The notes beneath the pieces are model-generated. The model worked only from the letters and a program-made list of their open reading frames with translations. It searched no databases and had not been told where the DNA came from. 64,000 nt of DNA, from positions 416,001 through 480,000 of the forward strand of contig CAVXLD010000003.1 in NCBI GenBank assembly GCA_963762565.1. Direction: 5' to 3'. Below, in pieces: positions 51,081 to 60,692 of this stretch. The first letter of the stretch is position 1. Every line of letters starts with the position of its first letter. The translations under genes and the position numbers were made by a program. The stretch comes from an uncultured Verrucomicrobiae bacterium (GTDB lineage: Bacteria; Verrucomicrobiota; Verrucomicrobiia; Chthoniobacterales; JAFAMB01).

Positions 51081-53177
51081 ATGCCAGACAAACCCACGCC
51101 CGATGAAGAAGTCAGTGAAGCCCAAATTGCGGTTCATTGGAAGGAAGAAGAATATTACCGACCCTCGCCTAAATTCGTGGGACAGGCGAACCTGAACGAC
51201 CCCGCAGTTAACGAGCGATTCAGTTTGGATAAGTTTCCAGAATGCTTCAAAGAGTATGCCGACATGCTTACGTGGGACCAGTATTGGCACACCACGTTGG
51301 ACACGAGTAACGCACCATTCTGGAAGTGGTTTGTGGGCGGTAAGCTTAACGCTTGCTACAATTGCGTGGACCGCCACCTGGCTAAATACAAGAATAAGGC
51401 CGCGTTGATCTTCGTGCCCGAACCTGAAGAGGAGGGGCACGAAGCCATCACCTATCAGGAGCTTTGGCAGCGGGTCAACGAGGTTGCGGTGATGCTGCGG
51501 GATTTTGCCGGCCTGAAGACCGGCGATAGGGTAACGCTGCATCTTCCCATGGTGCCCGAACTGCCGATCACAATGTTGGCGTGCGCGCGTCTCGGCATCA
51601 TCCATTCGGAAGTATTTGGCGGATTCAGCGGCGAGGCTTGTGGAGTGCGGATCGAGGATTCACAAAGCCGGGTGCTGATCACCATGGATGGTTATTACCG
51701 GAGTGGAAAAGTGATCGACCACAAGGTGAACGCGGACATCGCAGTGAAGACGGCCGAGGCGGCCGGACAGAAGGTCGACAAGGTTCTGGTATGGAGACGG
51801 TTTAAAGACAAAAGCGCTACCTCCACTCCGTTTGTTGCCGGTCGTGATTATGACCTGCGCGAAGTCATGAAGGATTTCGTTGGCAAGAAGGTCGCCCCGG
51901 TATCGATGCCTGCGGAAGCGCCTTTGTTCCTCATGTACACGAGCGGGACGACTGGACGACCGAAAGGTTGCCAGCACGGAACGGGAGGATACCTATCCTA
52001 TGTGGCGGGCACCTCAAAGTATATCCAGGACATCCATCCTGAAGATGTCTACTGGTGTATGGCGGACATCGGCTGGATTACCGGGCACTCCTATATTGTA
52101 TACGGTCCCTTGGCCTTAGCGGCCACAAGCGTGGTCTTTGAGGGAGTGCCTGTCTATCCCGACGCCGGGCGTCCTTGGCGAATCGCGGAACGGCTAAATG
52201 TGAACATTTTCCACACCTCGCCGACTGCGGTCCGGATGCTGCGGAAAGCAGGCCCGGACGAGCCCGCCAAATACAACTATCATTTCAAACACATGACCAC
52301 GGTGGGCGAGCCCATCGAGCCCGACGTATGGCGCTGGTATTATGACGTGGTCGGGAAAAAAGAAGCCGTTATCGTAGACACCTGGTGGCAAACGGAAAAC
52401 GGGGGCTTTCTGTGCAGTACTAAGCCTGGCTTGGATCCGATGAAGCCGGGTTCAGCCGGGCCGCCATTGCCGGGGATTTTCCCTGTGATCTTAGACGAGA
52501 ACGGAGACGAAGTACCGGCTGGTTCAGGTCGGGCAGGGAACATTTGCATAAAGAACCCGTGGCCGGGAATCTTCCAAACGGTCTGGCGAGATCCGGATCG
52601 GTTCGTTGCGACTTATTACAAGAAATATTGCAAGAATAAGGAGAGCAAGGATTGGCGCGATTGGCCCTATTTTGCCAATGACGGTGCATTGCTAGCATCA
52701 GACGGGTACTTCCGAATTCTCGGCCGTATTGATGACGTGATCAACGTCGCTGGACACCGTCTCGGAACCAAGGAACTCGAATCGGCCTGCCTTAGTGTAG
52801 ACGAAGTCGCTGAAGCGGCCGTTGTGCCGGTTGTGGACGATGTCAAAGGCCGAGTGCCGGAGGTATACATTTCGCTTAAGAAAGGCGTGCAGCCGAACAA
52901 GGCCATTCAAGAGAAGCTGGTCCATACAATCGAGACTTCTATCGGCAAGATCGCGCGACCCAAGGCCGTCCGGGTGGTTCCCGATATGCCGAAGACGCGC
53001 TCTGGTAAGATCATGCGCCGCGTCTTGGCCGCCATCTCCAACCACATGGATACCGGTGACGTCAGTACCCTGGCAAACCCGGAGGTCGTTGAACAGATCC
53101 GCGTCATGGTTCAAGGCGAGGGGAAAACGGCGGCCAAGACTGCTCCCGACGATATCAAAAAGTTCGGGCAAGAGTGA
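51081..53177 (+). CDS. acs: Acetyl-CoA synthetase
   Basis: YTSGTTGRPKG, DTWWQTE, PKTRSGKIMRR. Confidence 0.96.
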   Translation: MPDKPTPDEEVSEAQIAVHWKEEEYYRPSPKFVGQANLNDPAVNERFSLDKFPECFKEYADMLTWDQYWHTTLDTSNAPFWKWFVGGKLNACYNCVDRHLAKYKNKAALIFVPEPEEEGHEAITYQELWQRVNEVAVMLRDFAGLKTGDRVTLHLPMVPELPITMLACARLGIIHSEVFGGFSGEACGVRIEDSQSRVLITMDGYYRSGKVIDHKVNADIAVKTAEAAGQKVDKVLVWRRFKDKSATSTPFVAGRDYDLREVMKDFVGKKVAPVSMPAEAPLFLMYTSGTTGRPKGCQHGTGGYLSYVAGTSKYIQDIHPEDVYWCMADIGWITGHSYIVYGPLALAATSVVFEGVPVYPDAGRPWRIAERLNVNIFHTSPTAVRMLRKAGPDEPAKYNYHFKHMTTVGEPIEPDVWRWYYDVVGKKEAVIVDTWWQTENGGFLCSTKPGLDPMKPGSAGPPLPGIFPVILDENGDEVPAGSGRAGNICIKNPWPGIFQTVWRDPDRFVATYYKKYCKNKESKDWRDWPYFANDGALLASDGYFRILGRIDDVINVAGHRLGTKELESACLSVDEVAEAAVVPVVDDVKGRVPEVYISLKKGVQPNKAIQEKLVHTIETSIGKIARPKAVRVVPDMPKTRSGKIMRRVLAAISNHMDTGDVSTLANPEVVEQIRVMVQGEGKTAAKTAPDDIKKFGQE

Positions 53178-53359
53178 CGCGGAGAAGTGATTGGTGATTA
53201 GTGATTAGTGATTGGTGGGCCGGTGACATGCCGGGCCCATTAGTGTCCGCTCGCGACGCGCGGGAAAAGAGGTGTCCCAAAGCCGAGTCGGAGGGGCGTT
53301 GCGTTCCGTGTCTTAGTTCATACGGATGTCGACGCCTCAGATTGCTGCAGTTATGCCGT

Positions 53360-53651
53360 TTGGATAGACGCGACGCCCAGGGAACGGTCCCTGATTTGCT
53401 ATCGACGCGGGCGTTGAGAATCTCTTTCTCGCGGCCGAGAATGGCTCCGGAGGTAGGATTCGAACCTACGACCAATCGGTTAACAGCCGACCGCTCTACC
53501 ACTGAGCTACTCCGGATTCTATCAGTGGGCGGAGAACGTAGCCCGCACGCCCTCTGATTCAAGCGAAAAACGCAACCGTTACGGTTCCGCATCACTTAAC
53601 GTCTAGGATGATGCAAATCAAGGGCCATTCCCGGGCGTCGCGTCTATCCAA
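53360..53651. repeat. About 40-bp inverted repeat bracketing tRNA-Asn
   Basis: 53360-53399 TTGGATAGACGCGACGCCCAGGGAACGGTCCCTGATTTGC versus its inverse at 53613-53651. Confidence 0.85.
53442..53516 (-). tRNA. tRNA-Asn(GTT), CCA encoded
   Basis: TCCGGAGTAGCTCAGTGGTAGAGCGGTCGGCTGTTAACCGATTGGTCGTAGGTTCGAATCCTACCTCCGGAGCCA. Confidence 0.98.
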
Positions 53652-53698
53652 GTGGCGGAGCGAAGAGCGTTTTGGTTGTGAGAGTCGCGAGAGCAGAT

Positions 53699-54060
53699 GA
53701 ATAGCCGCAAAACTTGTCGCGCCGTAGGCCTTGCGAAGGCGGAAGAGCGCAAAGAACGCAAAAAAAGACGAACCGCAAGATTGACGCAGATATACGCAGA
53801 TGTGGTCGTCGGCTTCGATCACACTGCTGATCGATTGAAAGCCATATTCGTCAGTAACGGTACCTCTTGCTCTTTCGTGCAATTCGTCCCTAGAAAATAA
53901 TCTGCGTAAATCTGCGTCCATTTCACCCCGGAGAATTTCGGGGCTGCGGTTGAGTTTTTATTCGCGTGCGTTCGCATGCATTCGCGGTTGTTTTTTTGGC
54001 GTTCTTTGCGCTCTTCCGCCTTCGCAAGGCCTACGGCGCGACAAGTTTTGCGGCTATTTT
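53699..54060. repeat. Nested inverted repeat with about 68-bp arms containing family E
   Basis: 53699-53767 inverted at 53991-54060; inner CGCAGAT/ATCTGCG units. Confidence 0.85.
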
Positions 54061-54189
54061 TGTCTTCTCTTGGCGCCTTTGCGTCCCTGGCCGACGAAGC
54101 TAAAGGGTGAGATGGGGCGAAGTCTGCTTTGCGTGAGATTTTTCTCCGAGTTGCGATTATCGCTTTGAACCCGATCTTTGCGGTGCTCG

Positions 54190-55371
54190 ATGGCAAAGCC
54201 AGATCTTGTTCGACATATCAACCAGGCTCGCGCCTTGAGGCTGCTTAAGGAGCAGGGGACCCTTTCTCGAGCGGAGCTGGCGCGTTTTCTTAGTCTAAAC
54301 CGATCAACTTTAACGTTTGTGACCGGTGAGTTGCTAAAACAGGAGCTCATCATGGAAGCCGGTGAACCTTTCGTGACCCAAGCAACCGGCCGTCCGGGTA
54401 CTGGCTTAAAGCTGAATCCTGAAGGCGCCTATTTTCTCGGGGCCGAGATCGGCGCGGAGCGGGTTCATTTGGTCCTGATCAACCTTGAGGGATCGATCAC
54501 ACATCGGCAGACGGCTAAGTTGCGGTCCAGCGAACCTGGCGCCGTCTCGAAGGTGCTGATCGATCTGGTGCACCGCGTGTGGCGCGATGAGCTTAGAAAC
54601 TCGACTCGGCTTCAGGGGATCGGCGTCGCTGTCTCCGCCCTCGTTGACGCTCAAGGTGTGATTCGGATAGCCCCAACGCTTGGCTGGGACCGGGTGGATC
54701 TCAAGGGGATGCTGCAGCCGCACCTGGATATTCCGGTGTTCGTGGAAAATGACGCTAAGGGAGCGGCCCTAGCCGAGCTCTCATTCGGCAGGCGGGCAGG
54801 CCAGAGTGATATTTGCTTACTTTTTCTCGACGTTGGGGTAGGCGCCGGGGTGATTGTCGATCGCAAGGTCTTCAGAGGAAGTAACGGTTTAGCCGGCGAA
54901 ATTGGGCATCTCACTTTGGATCCGGCGAAGAACCGGAGAGATGAAAGGATGGGATTCCTCGAGACTCAACTGGGCCGGGACGGTCTGCTGTCGGCTTATC
55001 GGCGAGCAGGCGGAGAGGCACAAAACTTGGGTGCGCTGTTCCGCGATCTTAGAAAAGGAGACCCGTTAGCGAAAAAGACCATAAAAACCTGGGGAGAATG
55101 GCTGACCCTGGCGATTCGGAATCTAGGCGATCTCTTTAACCCGAGACTGGTGGTATTGGCCGGCGCGCTTTCCGAGCTCTTCCCGTTTGTCGAGCAGGAC
55201 GTCAGACATCGTTTAGCCGAACGGCATTTCCCTACGGTCGAGGATCTCGAAATAACGGTTTCTGGATTTGGGAGAGACAGTTCAGCGTTGGGCGGAGCGG
55301 CGCTGGTGTATGATCGAATCTTCAGTGTGCCGAACGTAGATTTTCTAGAAGATCTGGAGAAAATCGGTTGA
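54190..55371 (+). CDS. ROK family (XylR/NagC-like) regulator
   Basis: LSRAELAR..L, GRP, VENDAK.AALAE, AGEIGH. Confidence 0.92.
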   Translation: MAKPDLVRHINQARALRLLKEQGTLSRAELARFLSLNRSTLTFVTGELLKQELIMEAGEPFVTQATGRPGTGLKLNPEGAYFLGAEIGAERVHLVLINLEGSITHRQTAKLRSSEPGAVSKVLIDLVHRVWRDELRNSTRLQGIGVAVSALVDAQGVIRIAPTLGWDRVDLKGMLQPHLDIPVFVENDAKGAALAELSFGRRAGQSDICLLFLDVGVGAGVIVDRKVFRGSNGLAGEIGHLTLDPAKNRRDERMGFLETQLGRDGLLSAYRRAGGEAQNLGALFRDLRKGDPLAKKTIKTWGEWLTLAIRNLGDLFNPRLVVLAGALSELFPFVEQDVRHRLAERHFPTVEDLEITVSGFGRDSSALGGAALVYDRIFSVPNVDFLEDLEKIG

Positions 55372-55397
55372 CTTTGTTGCGGGTTACAACAAACTAA
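55369..55397. promoter_or_regulatory. Candidate ROK operator
   Basis: TTTGTTG-N7-CAACAAA palindrome within TGACTTTGTTGCGGGTTACAACAAACTAA, XylR-operator-like. Confidence 0.5.
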
Positions 55398-55628
55398 GCG
55401 TGCCTGCCTGCCCTTCCCCCAAATCTTCACCACAAAGGCACAAAGGAAACGAATACGAACCTAAACCGCGAATGAACGCGAATAAAAAAGTGACCGCAGA
55501 TGGATGCTGGCCTTCGACGACGCCGGTGACTCTAATCTGCGTATATCTGCGTCAATCTGTGGTTCGCTTTCCTTTTTCGCGTCTATTCGTGTCCATTCGC
55601 GGTTGATCCCCGTTTGTTGCGCCCGCTT

Positions 55629-56654
55629 ATGAAAGCGATCGTTTACGATTCTCCCCGGAAATTCGAATATCGCGAGGTTGATGTCCCTCAGATCGCTTCG
55701 GACGAAGTCTTGTTGCGCGTGGATGCGTGCGGGGTCTGCGGGACTGATCTTCACGTACACGAAGGAGAATTCGGAGCTCGATTTCCGCTGATACCCGGGC
55801 ACGAATTTTCTGGTGAGATTGTTGAGCTGGGTTCTGAGGTGAAAGGCTTCAGCAAAGGGCAACGCGCGACGGCCAGCACAACCCAGGCCTGCGGTTACTG
55901 CTTTTATTGTAAGCGCGGCGATTTCCTGCTTTGCGAGAATCTCGGCGGAATCGGAGTCGAGATTAACGGGGCGTTTGCTGAGTACATCAAAGTGAAAGGC
56001 GATCTGGCGTTTCCCGTCAACAAGCTTTCAGTTCGGGAAGCGGCGATGATCGAGCCAACGGCTTGCGCCGTTCACGGCATGGAAGTGCTAGCGGTGAAGC
56101 CTGGAAGCAGTGTTCTCCTGTTTGGCGCCGGGCCGACCGGGCAAGTGTTAGCCCAGCTGCTTAAGCTCAACGGCGCGGCAAAACTAACGGTGGCGGCTCC
56201 GGCGGGACTAAAACTCGACCTTATCGGCCGGTTGGCTGCTGACGAAGTAGTGCCTGTCGATCGTAAAGATCCAGAGGTCCACCGACGCCGGTTGGATGAG
56301 CTTAGCCCGAATGGATTCGATTACGTCGTGGAAGCGACCGGAGCGGCCCCCATGGCGGAAGATGCCATGAGGTTCGTACGCCGCCGTGGAACCATCCTGA
56401 TTTACGGAGTTTATCCTGACGACGCGCTGGGTCGCTTCAGGCTGGCTGAGATTCAGCGTCGCGAACTCGCGATCAAGGGGTCTTTTGCGCAAATCGACTG
56501 TTTTCCGCGAGCCCTAGACTACCTCGAGAGCGGCAAGGTTAAGGTCGATCAGCTCGTTACCCATGAGTTTCCCCTAAAGGACTATCAAGAAGCGCTTGAG
56601 CTGGCCTGGTCGCGGCAGGGGATTAAGACGATTATCATTCCCCCAAAAAACTAA
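55629..56654 (+). CDS. Zn-dependent (MDR) polyol dehydrogenase
   Basis: GVCGTDLH, GHEF.G, CGYC.YC...C, GAGPTG. Confidence 0.92.
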   Translation: MKAIVYDSPRKFEYREVDVPQIASDEVLLRVDACGVCGTDLHVHEGEFGARFPLIPGHEFSGEIVELGSEVKGFSKGQRATASTTQACGYCFYCKRGDFLLCENLGGIGVEINGAFAEYIKVKGDLAFPVNKLSVREAAMIEPTACAVHGMEVLAVKPGSSVLLFGAGPTGQVLAQLLKLNGAAKLTVAAPAGLKLDLIGRLAADEVVPVDRKDPEVHRRRLDELSPNGFDYVVEATGAAPMAEDAMRFVRRRGTILIYGVYPDDALGRFRLAEIQRRELAIKGSFAQIDCFPRALDYLESGKVKVDQLVTHEFPLKDYQEALELAWSRQGIKTIIIPPKN

Positions 56655-56696
56655 GTCCCACAAATCAACCCAACCCCCGAACGAGAAATCTCCCAA

Positions 56697-57011
56697 CTAG
56701 TGCCCTGTCCCATAAATAACATGGCTTTCATTGCGATCAAAATTGGCCGCCGGCAAGACGGTCCGAGCCGGACTTGCGGTAAGAGCGGAGCATAACTTGA
56801 TCGATACGTGACCGACGAGCAACGCAGCCGCCGGCCCATTTTCATCGCAACCCTCCGGGCCGGGGTCAGTTGGCTGTTTTTCCGCGTTGCTCGCTCCTCA
56901 CGTATCAATTTAGATATGCTCGTCGTTAGCGCCAGTGCGGCTCGCACCGCCTTGAAAAACAGCCAACTCACCGACGGCGAAAGCCATGCTATTTGTGGGA
57001 CAGGGCACGAG
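56697..57011. mobile_element. MITE-like element with 33-bp terminal inverted repeats
   Basis: CTAGTGCCCTGTCCCATAAATAACATGGCTTTC ... GAAAGCCATGCTATTTGTGGGACAGGGCACGAG (3 mismatches); non-coding palindromic interior. Confidence 0.75.
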
Positions 57012-57218
57012 GATTACTCGTAATATTCTAGTTTATTATTGACGGGTCCAAGATAAGGACTCTTTTAGTAGGCTGAAATTAAACCCCCAATTCCCTTGAG
57101 CTAGAAAAACTGGTGCTGGTTTCATCGTTTGAACCCTCTTGCTGCTGGTAGTGAGCCAGGCGACGAACGTTCCGAGATCCCCGGTTTTTTTGGTGAGAGA
57201 ATATTCCCACCCCCCTCT

Positions 57219-58205
57219 ATGAAACGTTGGCAAACTAAAGCTAGCCTCCTTGCGAGCACGCTCCTCCTTTTTGCCGGATGGAACGATCCCGCTTCCGCAG
57301 CCGATAAGAAGTATACCATCGCGCTAATTCCGGGTCTCACGACCGATGCCTTTTATATCACCATGCACAAAGGCGCTCAGGCGGCTGCCGACGCTTTGGG
57401 AGTAAACCTTGTGTTCCAAGGTGCGTCCGATTTCAACCCAGTCACCCAAGTTCCGGTGTTGAACGCCATCATTGGCCGTAAACCCGATGCGATTTTGATC
57501 GCGCCGACCGACAAAGTTCAGCTCGTTAGCCCGCTAAAGAAGGCATCGGACAGCGGTATTTCCGTTATCACGGTTGATACCTTCATCGGAACTGGACACT
57601 ACCAGACCGGCACCGGAGACGCTGATTTTCCGCTCTCCTACATTGCCTCGGACAACATTGGGGGTGGACAGATTGCCGCCAGAGCTTTGGCCAAAGCGAT
57701 TGGCGAAAAAGGAAAAGTCTATGTCTCGAATGTAAAGCCCAATATCTCCACCACGGACCAGCGTGAAGAAGGGTTCAAAGAGGAGATGAAGAAGTACCCG
57801 AATATTACGGTGCTGGAGACCCAGTTTAACGACGACGACGCCAACAAAGCGGCCGCCCAATTTCAATCGGTGTACGCCCGGAACTCGGACTTAGCGGGGG
57901 TGTTTGGAGCTAACCTCTTCTCTGCCACCGGTGCTGCCAACGGCGTCAAACAGGCAAATGCCCAAGGCAAGATCAAAGTGGTGGCTTTTGATGCACCGCA
58001 ATCGATCGTGTCGGATATCAAAGCCGGCAACATCGACATTGCGATTGCCCAACACCCGGCTGAGATCGGCTTTTACGGGGTGGTTACTGCTTACGCGCAC
58101 CTAACTGGCCAATCTGTTCCTCCGCTGATTGGCACCGGGTTTACGGTGATCGATAAGAGCAACGTTGATGACCCCAACGTGAAGAAGTTCATTTATTCCG
58201 ACTAG
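57219..58205 (+). CDS. Sugar/polyol ABC substrate-binding protein (RbsB-like)
   Basis: Signal peptide; DAFYITM..GA, IASDN..GG, VVAFD, IAQHP..IG. Confidence 0.93.
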   Translation: MKRWQTKASLLASTLLLFAGWNDPASAADKKYTIALIPGLTTDAFYITMHKGAQAAADALGVNLVFQGASDFNPVTQVPVLNAIIGRKPDAILIAPTDKVQLVSPLKKASDSGISVITVDTFIGTGHYQTGTGDADFPLSYIASDNIGGGQIAARALAKAIGEKGKVYVSNVKPNISTTDQREEGFKEEMKKYPNITVLETQFNDDDANKAAAQFQSVYARNSDLAGVFGANLFSATGAANGVKQANAQGKIKVVAFDAPQSIVSDIKAGNIDIAIAQHPAEIGFYGVVTAYAHLTGQSVPPLIGTGFTVIDKSNVDDPNVKKFIYSD

Positions 58206-58434
58206 GGTCTAGGAGTTGACCCGCCCTTCAGGACGAAGGGGAGGGATCGCGACCCCGCGATCCGTTGGTTCCGACCAGGGGTTTTTAAAATGTCCAATGG
58301 CGAGGCAACACGGTGACGGCGCGCGGGGACGCGCGCCCTCCCTATTTTCGAGAACGAGGACGACGAGGACGAGACCGCCGAACGCCAAACGCCAAACGCC
58401 AAACGCCAAACGCCGAACGCCAAACGCGCACCGA

Positions 58435-59511
58435 ATGAGCCAACTGCCAACGACTAACGGCAAACCGGAAACAGTAAACCACGGAGATGAGCCGGCCTCG
58501 GAACGGACAACCTGGGCCGCCTCGTTCCGCACCTGGGTGACCTCGATGCGGGCCTGGATTTTTCTCGGTTTCTTGCTGGTCGGGTTCGAGGTTTGGGCGC
58601 GAATCGCCTACAATACAACCTTTCTATTCAACCCCTTTAACTTGTCTTCGATTGCGGTGTTCACCGTCGGCCCGCTTCTCTTGGCTTTGGGCCAAACGTT
58701 TGTGGTCATTTCCGGCGGCATCGATCTTTCCGTTGGCTTTACCATGGGCTTAGCGGCGGTCGTTTTTTCCCAGATTCTCAACCTCAGCACCGGCGTGCTT
58801 TGGGACCCGCTGGCCATGGTCGTGGCTGCGGTTGTGGCCTTGCTTGCTTCGGCGATACCAGGGTTGATCAATGGGCTACTGATTGCGAAACTACGGATCC
58901 CGCCTTTTATCGGTACTCTGGGAATGTATGGAGTAGCTCGAGGGGTCGCTTATCTACTCGCCCGCGGCACCACGGTTCCGATCTCTAACCCCGTGGTGAC
59001 CTACATCGGCAACGAGTCGTTGCTTTCTATTCCTATTACCGTCTTGATCACGATTGCCTTGACTTGTGGTATGATGTTTATGCTCTCGCAAAGCCGGTTC
59101 GGCCAGCACGTGTACGCCATCGGCGGGAGCCGGCAGGCTTCACTGCGAGCGGGGATCAATGTTTCTCGCAATACGATCGCGCTTTACATTCTTTCTTCCC
59201 TGGCTGCCGGCATTGGCGGAATCCTTTACACAGCTCGATTTACCGCCGGGGCAGCTCAAGCCGGTGAACCGCTGTTGTTGGATAGCATCGCGGCGGTGGT
59301 TATCGGCGGAGCCAGTCTTTTCGGCGGCTCAGGAACGATCACCGGGACCGTGATTGGCGCATTAATTATCGCGGTTATTCAATACGGTTTGGTCTTTGTG
59401 AACGTGGAACCGTTTTGGCAATTTGTAGCAGTCGGAATTGTGATTATTATCTCAGTGCTGGTCGATCAGACAACGCAGAAACAATTAAGCGGAGGCAGGT
59501 CCGATGAGTGA
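58435..59511 (+). CDS. Sugar ABC permease (RbsC-like)
   Basis: GGIDLSVG, PPFIGTLG, LDSIAAVVIGGASL.GG. Confidence 0.93.
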   Translation: MSQLPTTNGKPETVNHGDEPASERTTWAASFRTWVTSMRAWIFLGFLLVGFEVWARIAYNTTFLFNPFNLSSIAVFTVGPLLLALGQTFVVISGGIDLSVGFTMGLAAVVFSQILNLSTGVLWDPLAMVVAAVVALLASAIPGLINGLLIAKLRIPPFIGTLGMYGVARGVAYLLARGTTVPISNPVVTYIGNESLLSIPITVLITIALTCGMMFMLSQSRFGQHVYAIGGSRQASLRAGINVSRNTIALYILSSLAAGIGGILYTARFTAGAAQAGEPLLLDSIAAVVIGGASLFGGSGTITGTVIGALIIAVIQYGLVFVNVEPFWQFVAVGIVIIISVLVDQTTQKQLSGGRSDE

Positions 59512-60244
59512 ACAACCCATTCTACAAGTCGAATCTGTTTCCAAACGCTTCGGAGGAGTCCACGCTCTCGAAAATGTATCGATGGATTTGTTTCCCGGCG
59601 AAGTGCTGGCTTTGGCGGGGGACAACGGCGCCGGTAAATCGACGCTGATCAAAGTAATCTCCGGAGTCCATCACGCGGACGAAGGAAAGATCCGGTACAA
59701 CGGCGCCGAGGTCACGTTCGAGAACCCGCAAAAAGCCCGGGAACAAGGAATCGAGACCATCTATCAGGACTTGGCGTTAGCGGATAATCTTGATGTAGGA
59801 GCGAATGTATTCCTTGGGCGAGAACCGATGAAACGGGTGTTCGGTTTACCCGTACTAGATCGGAAAAAGATGAGTAGGGAAGCGGCGGATGCGATTCGGG
59901 TTCTCGATATCCGAATCAACCGTTTCGATTTACCACTGCGTTCGATGTCCGGCGGACAACGTCAAGCGGTTGCTATCGGCCGGGCGATTCATTGGAAGGC
60001 CAAGGTATTGATCATGGACGAACCAACGGCTGCGCTCGGTGTGCCCGAACAACGTAAAGTGATCGCCTTGATCAAGAGCCTGAAACAGAGCGGGGTAGGG
60101 GTGATCTTTATCTCCCATAACCTGATCGATATCTTCGCGGTGAGCGATCGAATCGTCGTCTTGCGTCGCGGGAAAAAAGTTGGTGAAGCCGCAGCCCAAT
60201 CCACGAATTCGGATGAGATCGTGCGCTGGATGGTCGGCGGCTGA
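59504..60244 (+). CDS. Sugar ABC ATPase (single domain)
   Basis: GDNGAGKST, MSGGQRQ, MDEPTAALG. Confidence 0.93.
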   Translation: MSEQPILQVESVSKRFGGVHALENVSMDLFPGEVLALAGDNGAGKSTLIKVISGVHHADEGKIRYNGAEVTFENPQKAREQGIETIYQDLALADNLDVGANVFLGREPMKRVFGLPVLDRKKMSREAADAIRVLDIRINRFDLPLRSMSGGQRQAVAIGRAIHWKAKVLIMDEPTAALGVPEQRKVIALIKSLKQSGVGVIFISHNLIDIFAVSDRIVVLRRGKKVGEAAAQSTNSDEIVRWMVGG

Positions 60245-60402
60245 CCGGAGTCGCCTTAGGCTCCTCCGGTATAGCCAATAGCCGATAGCCAATAGCCAAG
60301 GGAAACTCGGCCGAACCCAGCGCTGGGTCGGAGGGGTGATTTCTATTGGCTATCGGCTATTGGCTATTGGCTATTCCCGGAGGAGCCTCAGGCGAGTCCG
60401 GG
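60243..60402. repeat. Nested palindrome (heptamer arms plus GC hairpins) between convergent genes; probable bidirectional terminator
   Basis: CCGGAGTCGCCTTAGGCTCCTCCGG-(TAGCCAA)n ... (TTGGCTA)n-CCGGAGGAGCCTCAGGCGAGTCCGG. Confidence 0.75.
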
Positions 60403-60690
60403 GGGCAAACCTAACCCTGCGGTCATCTTGCCCATTTCGGATTGGGCCAGGCCTTTGCCTTTCTCAATAGCTTGTTTGACGCCGGTCAGGATCAAATCTT
60501 CGAGCATCTCGACGTCTTCGGGATCGACAACCTGTTTGGAGATTTTGATAGCAAGAATATCCCCTAGGCCGTTCGCCGTAACGGTAACGTTGCCGCCGCC
60601 GACATTCACATCCACCGTCTTAGTGGCTAGGGCTGCAGTTAATTCCTCCTGCATTTTGGCAGCCTGCTTCATCATTTTTTGGATATTCAT
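60388..60690 (-). CDS. ybaB: YbaB/EbfC nucleoid-associated protein
   Basis: MMKQA.KMQ, GGG.V.V, D.EMLEDL; directly downstream of dnaX. Confidence 0.95.
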   Translation of the reverse strand: MNIQKMMKQAAKMQEELTAALATKTVDVNVGGGNVTVTANGLGDILAIKISKQVVDPEDVEMLEDLILTGVKQAIEKGKGLAQSEMGKMTAGLGLPPGLA

Positions 60691-60692
60691 TG

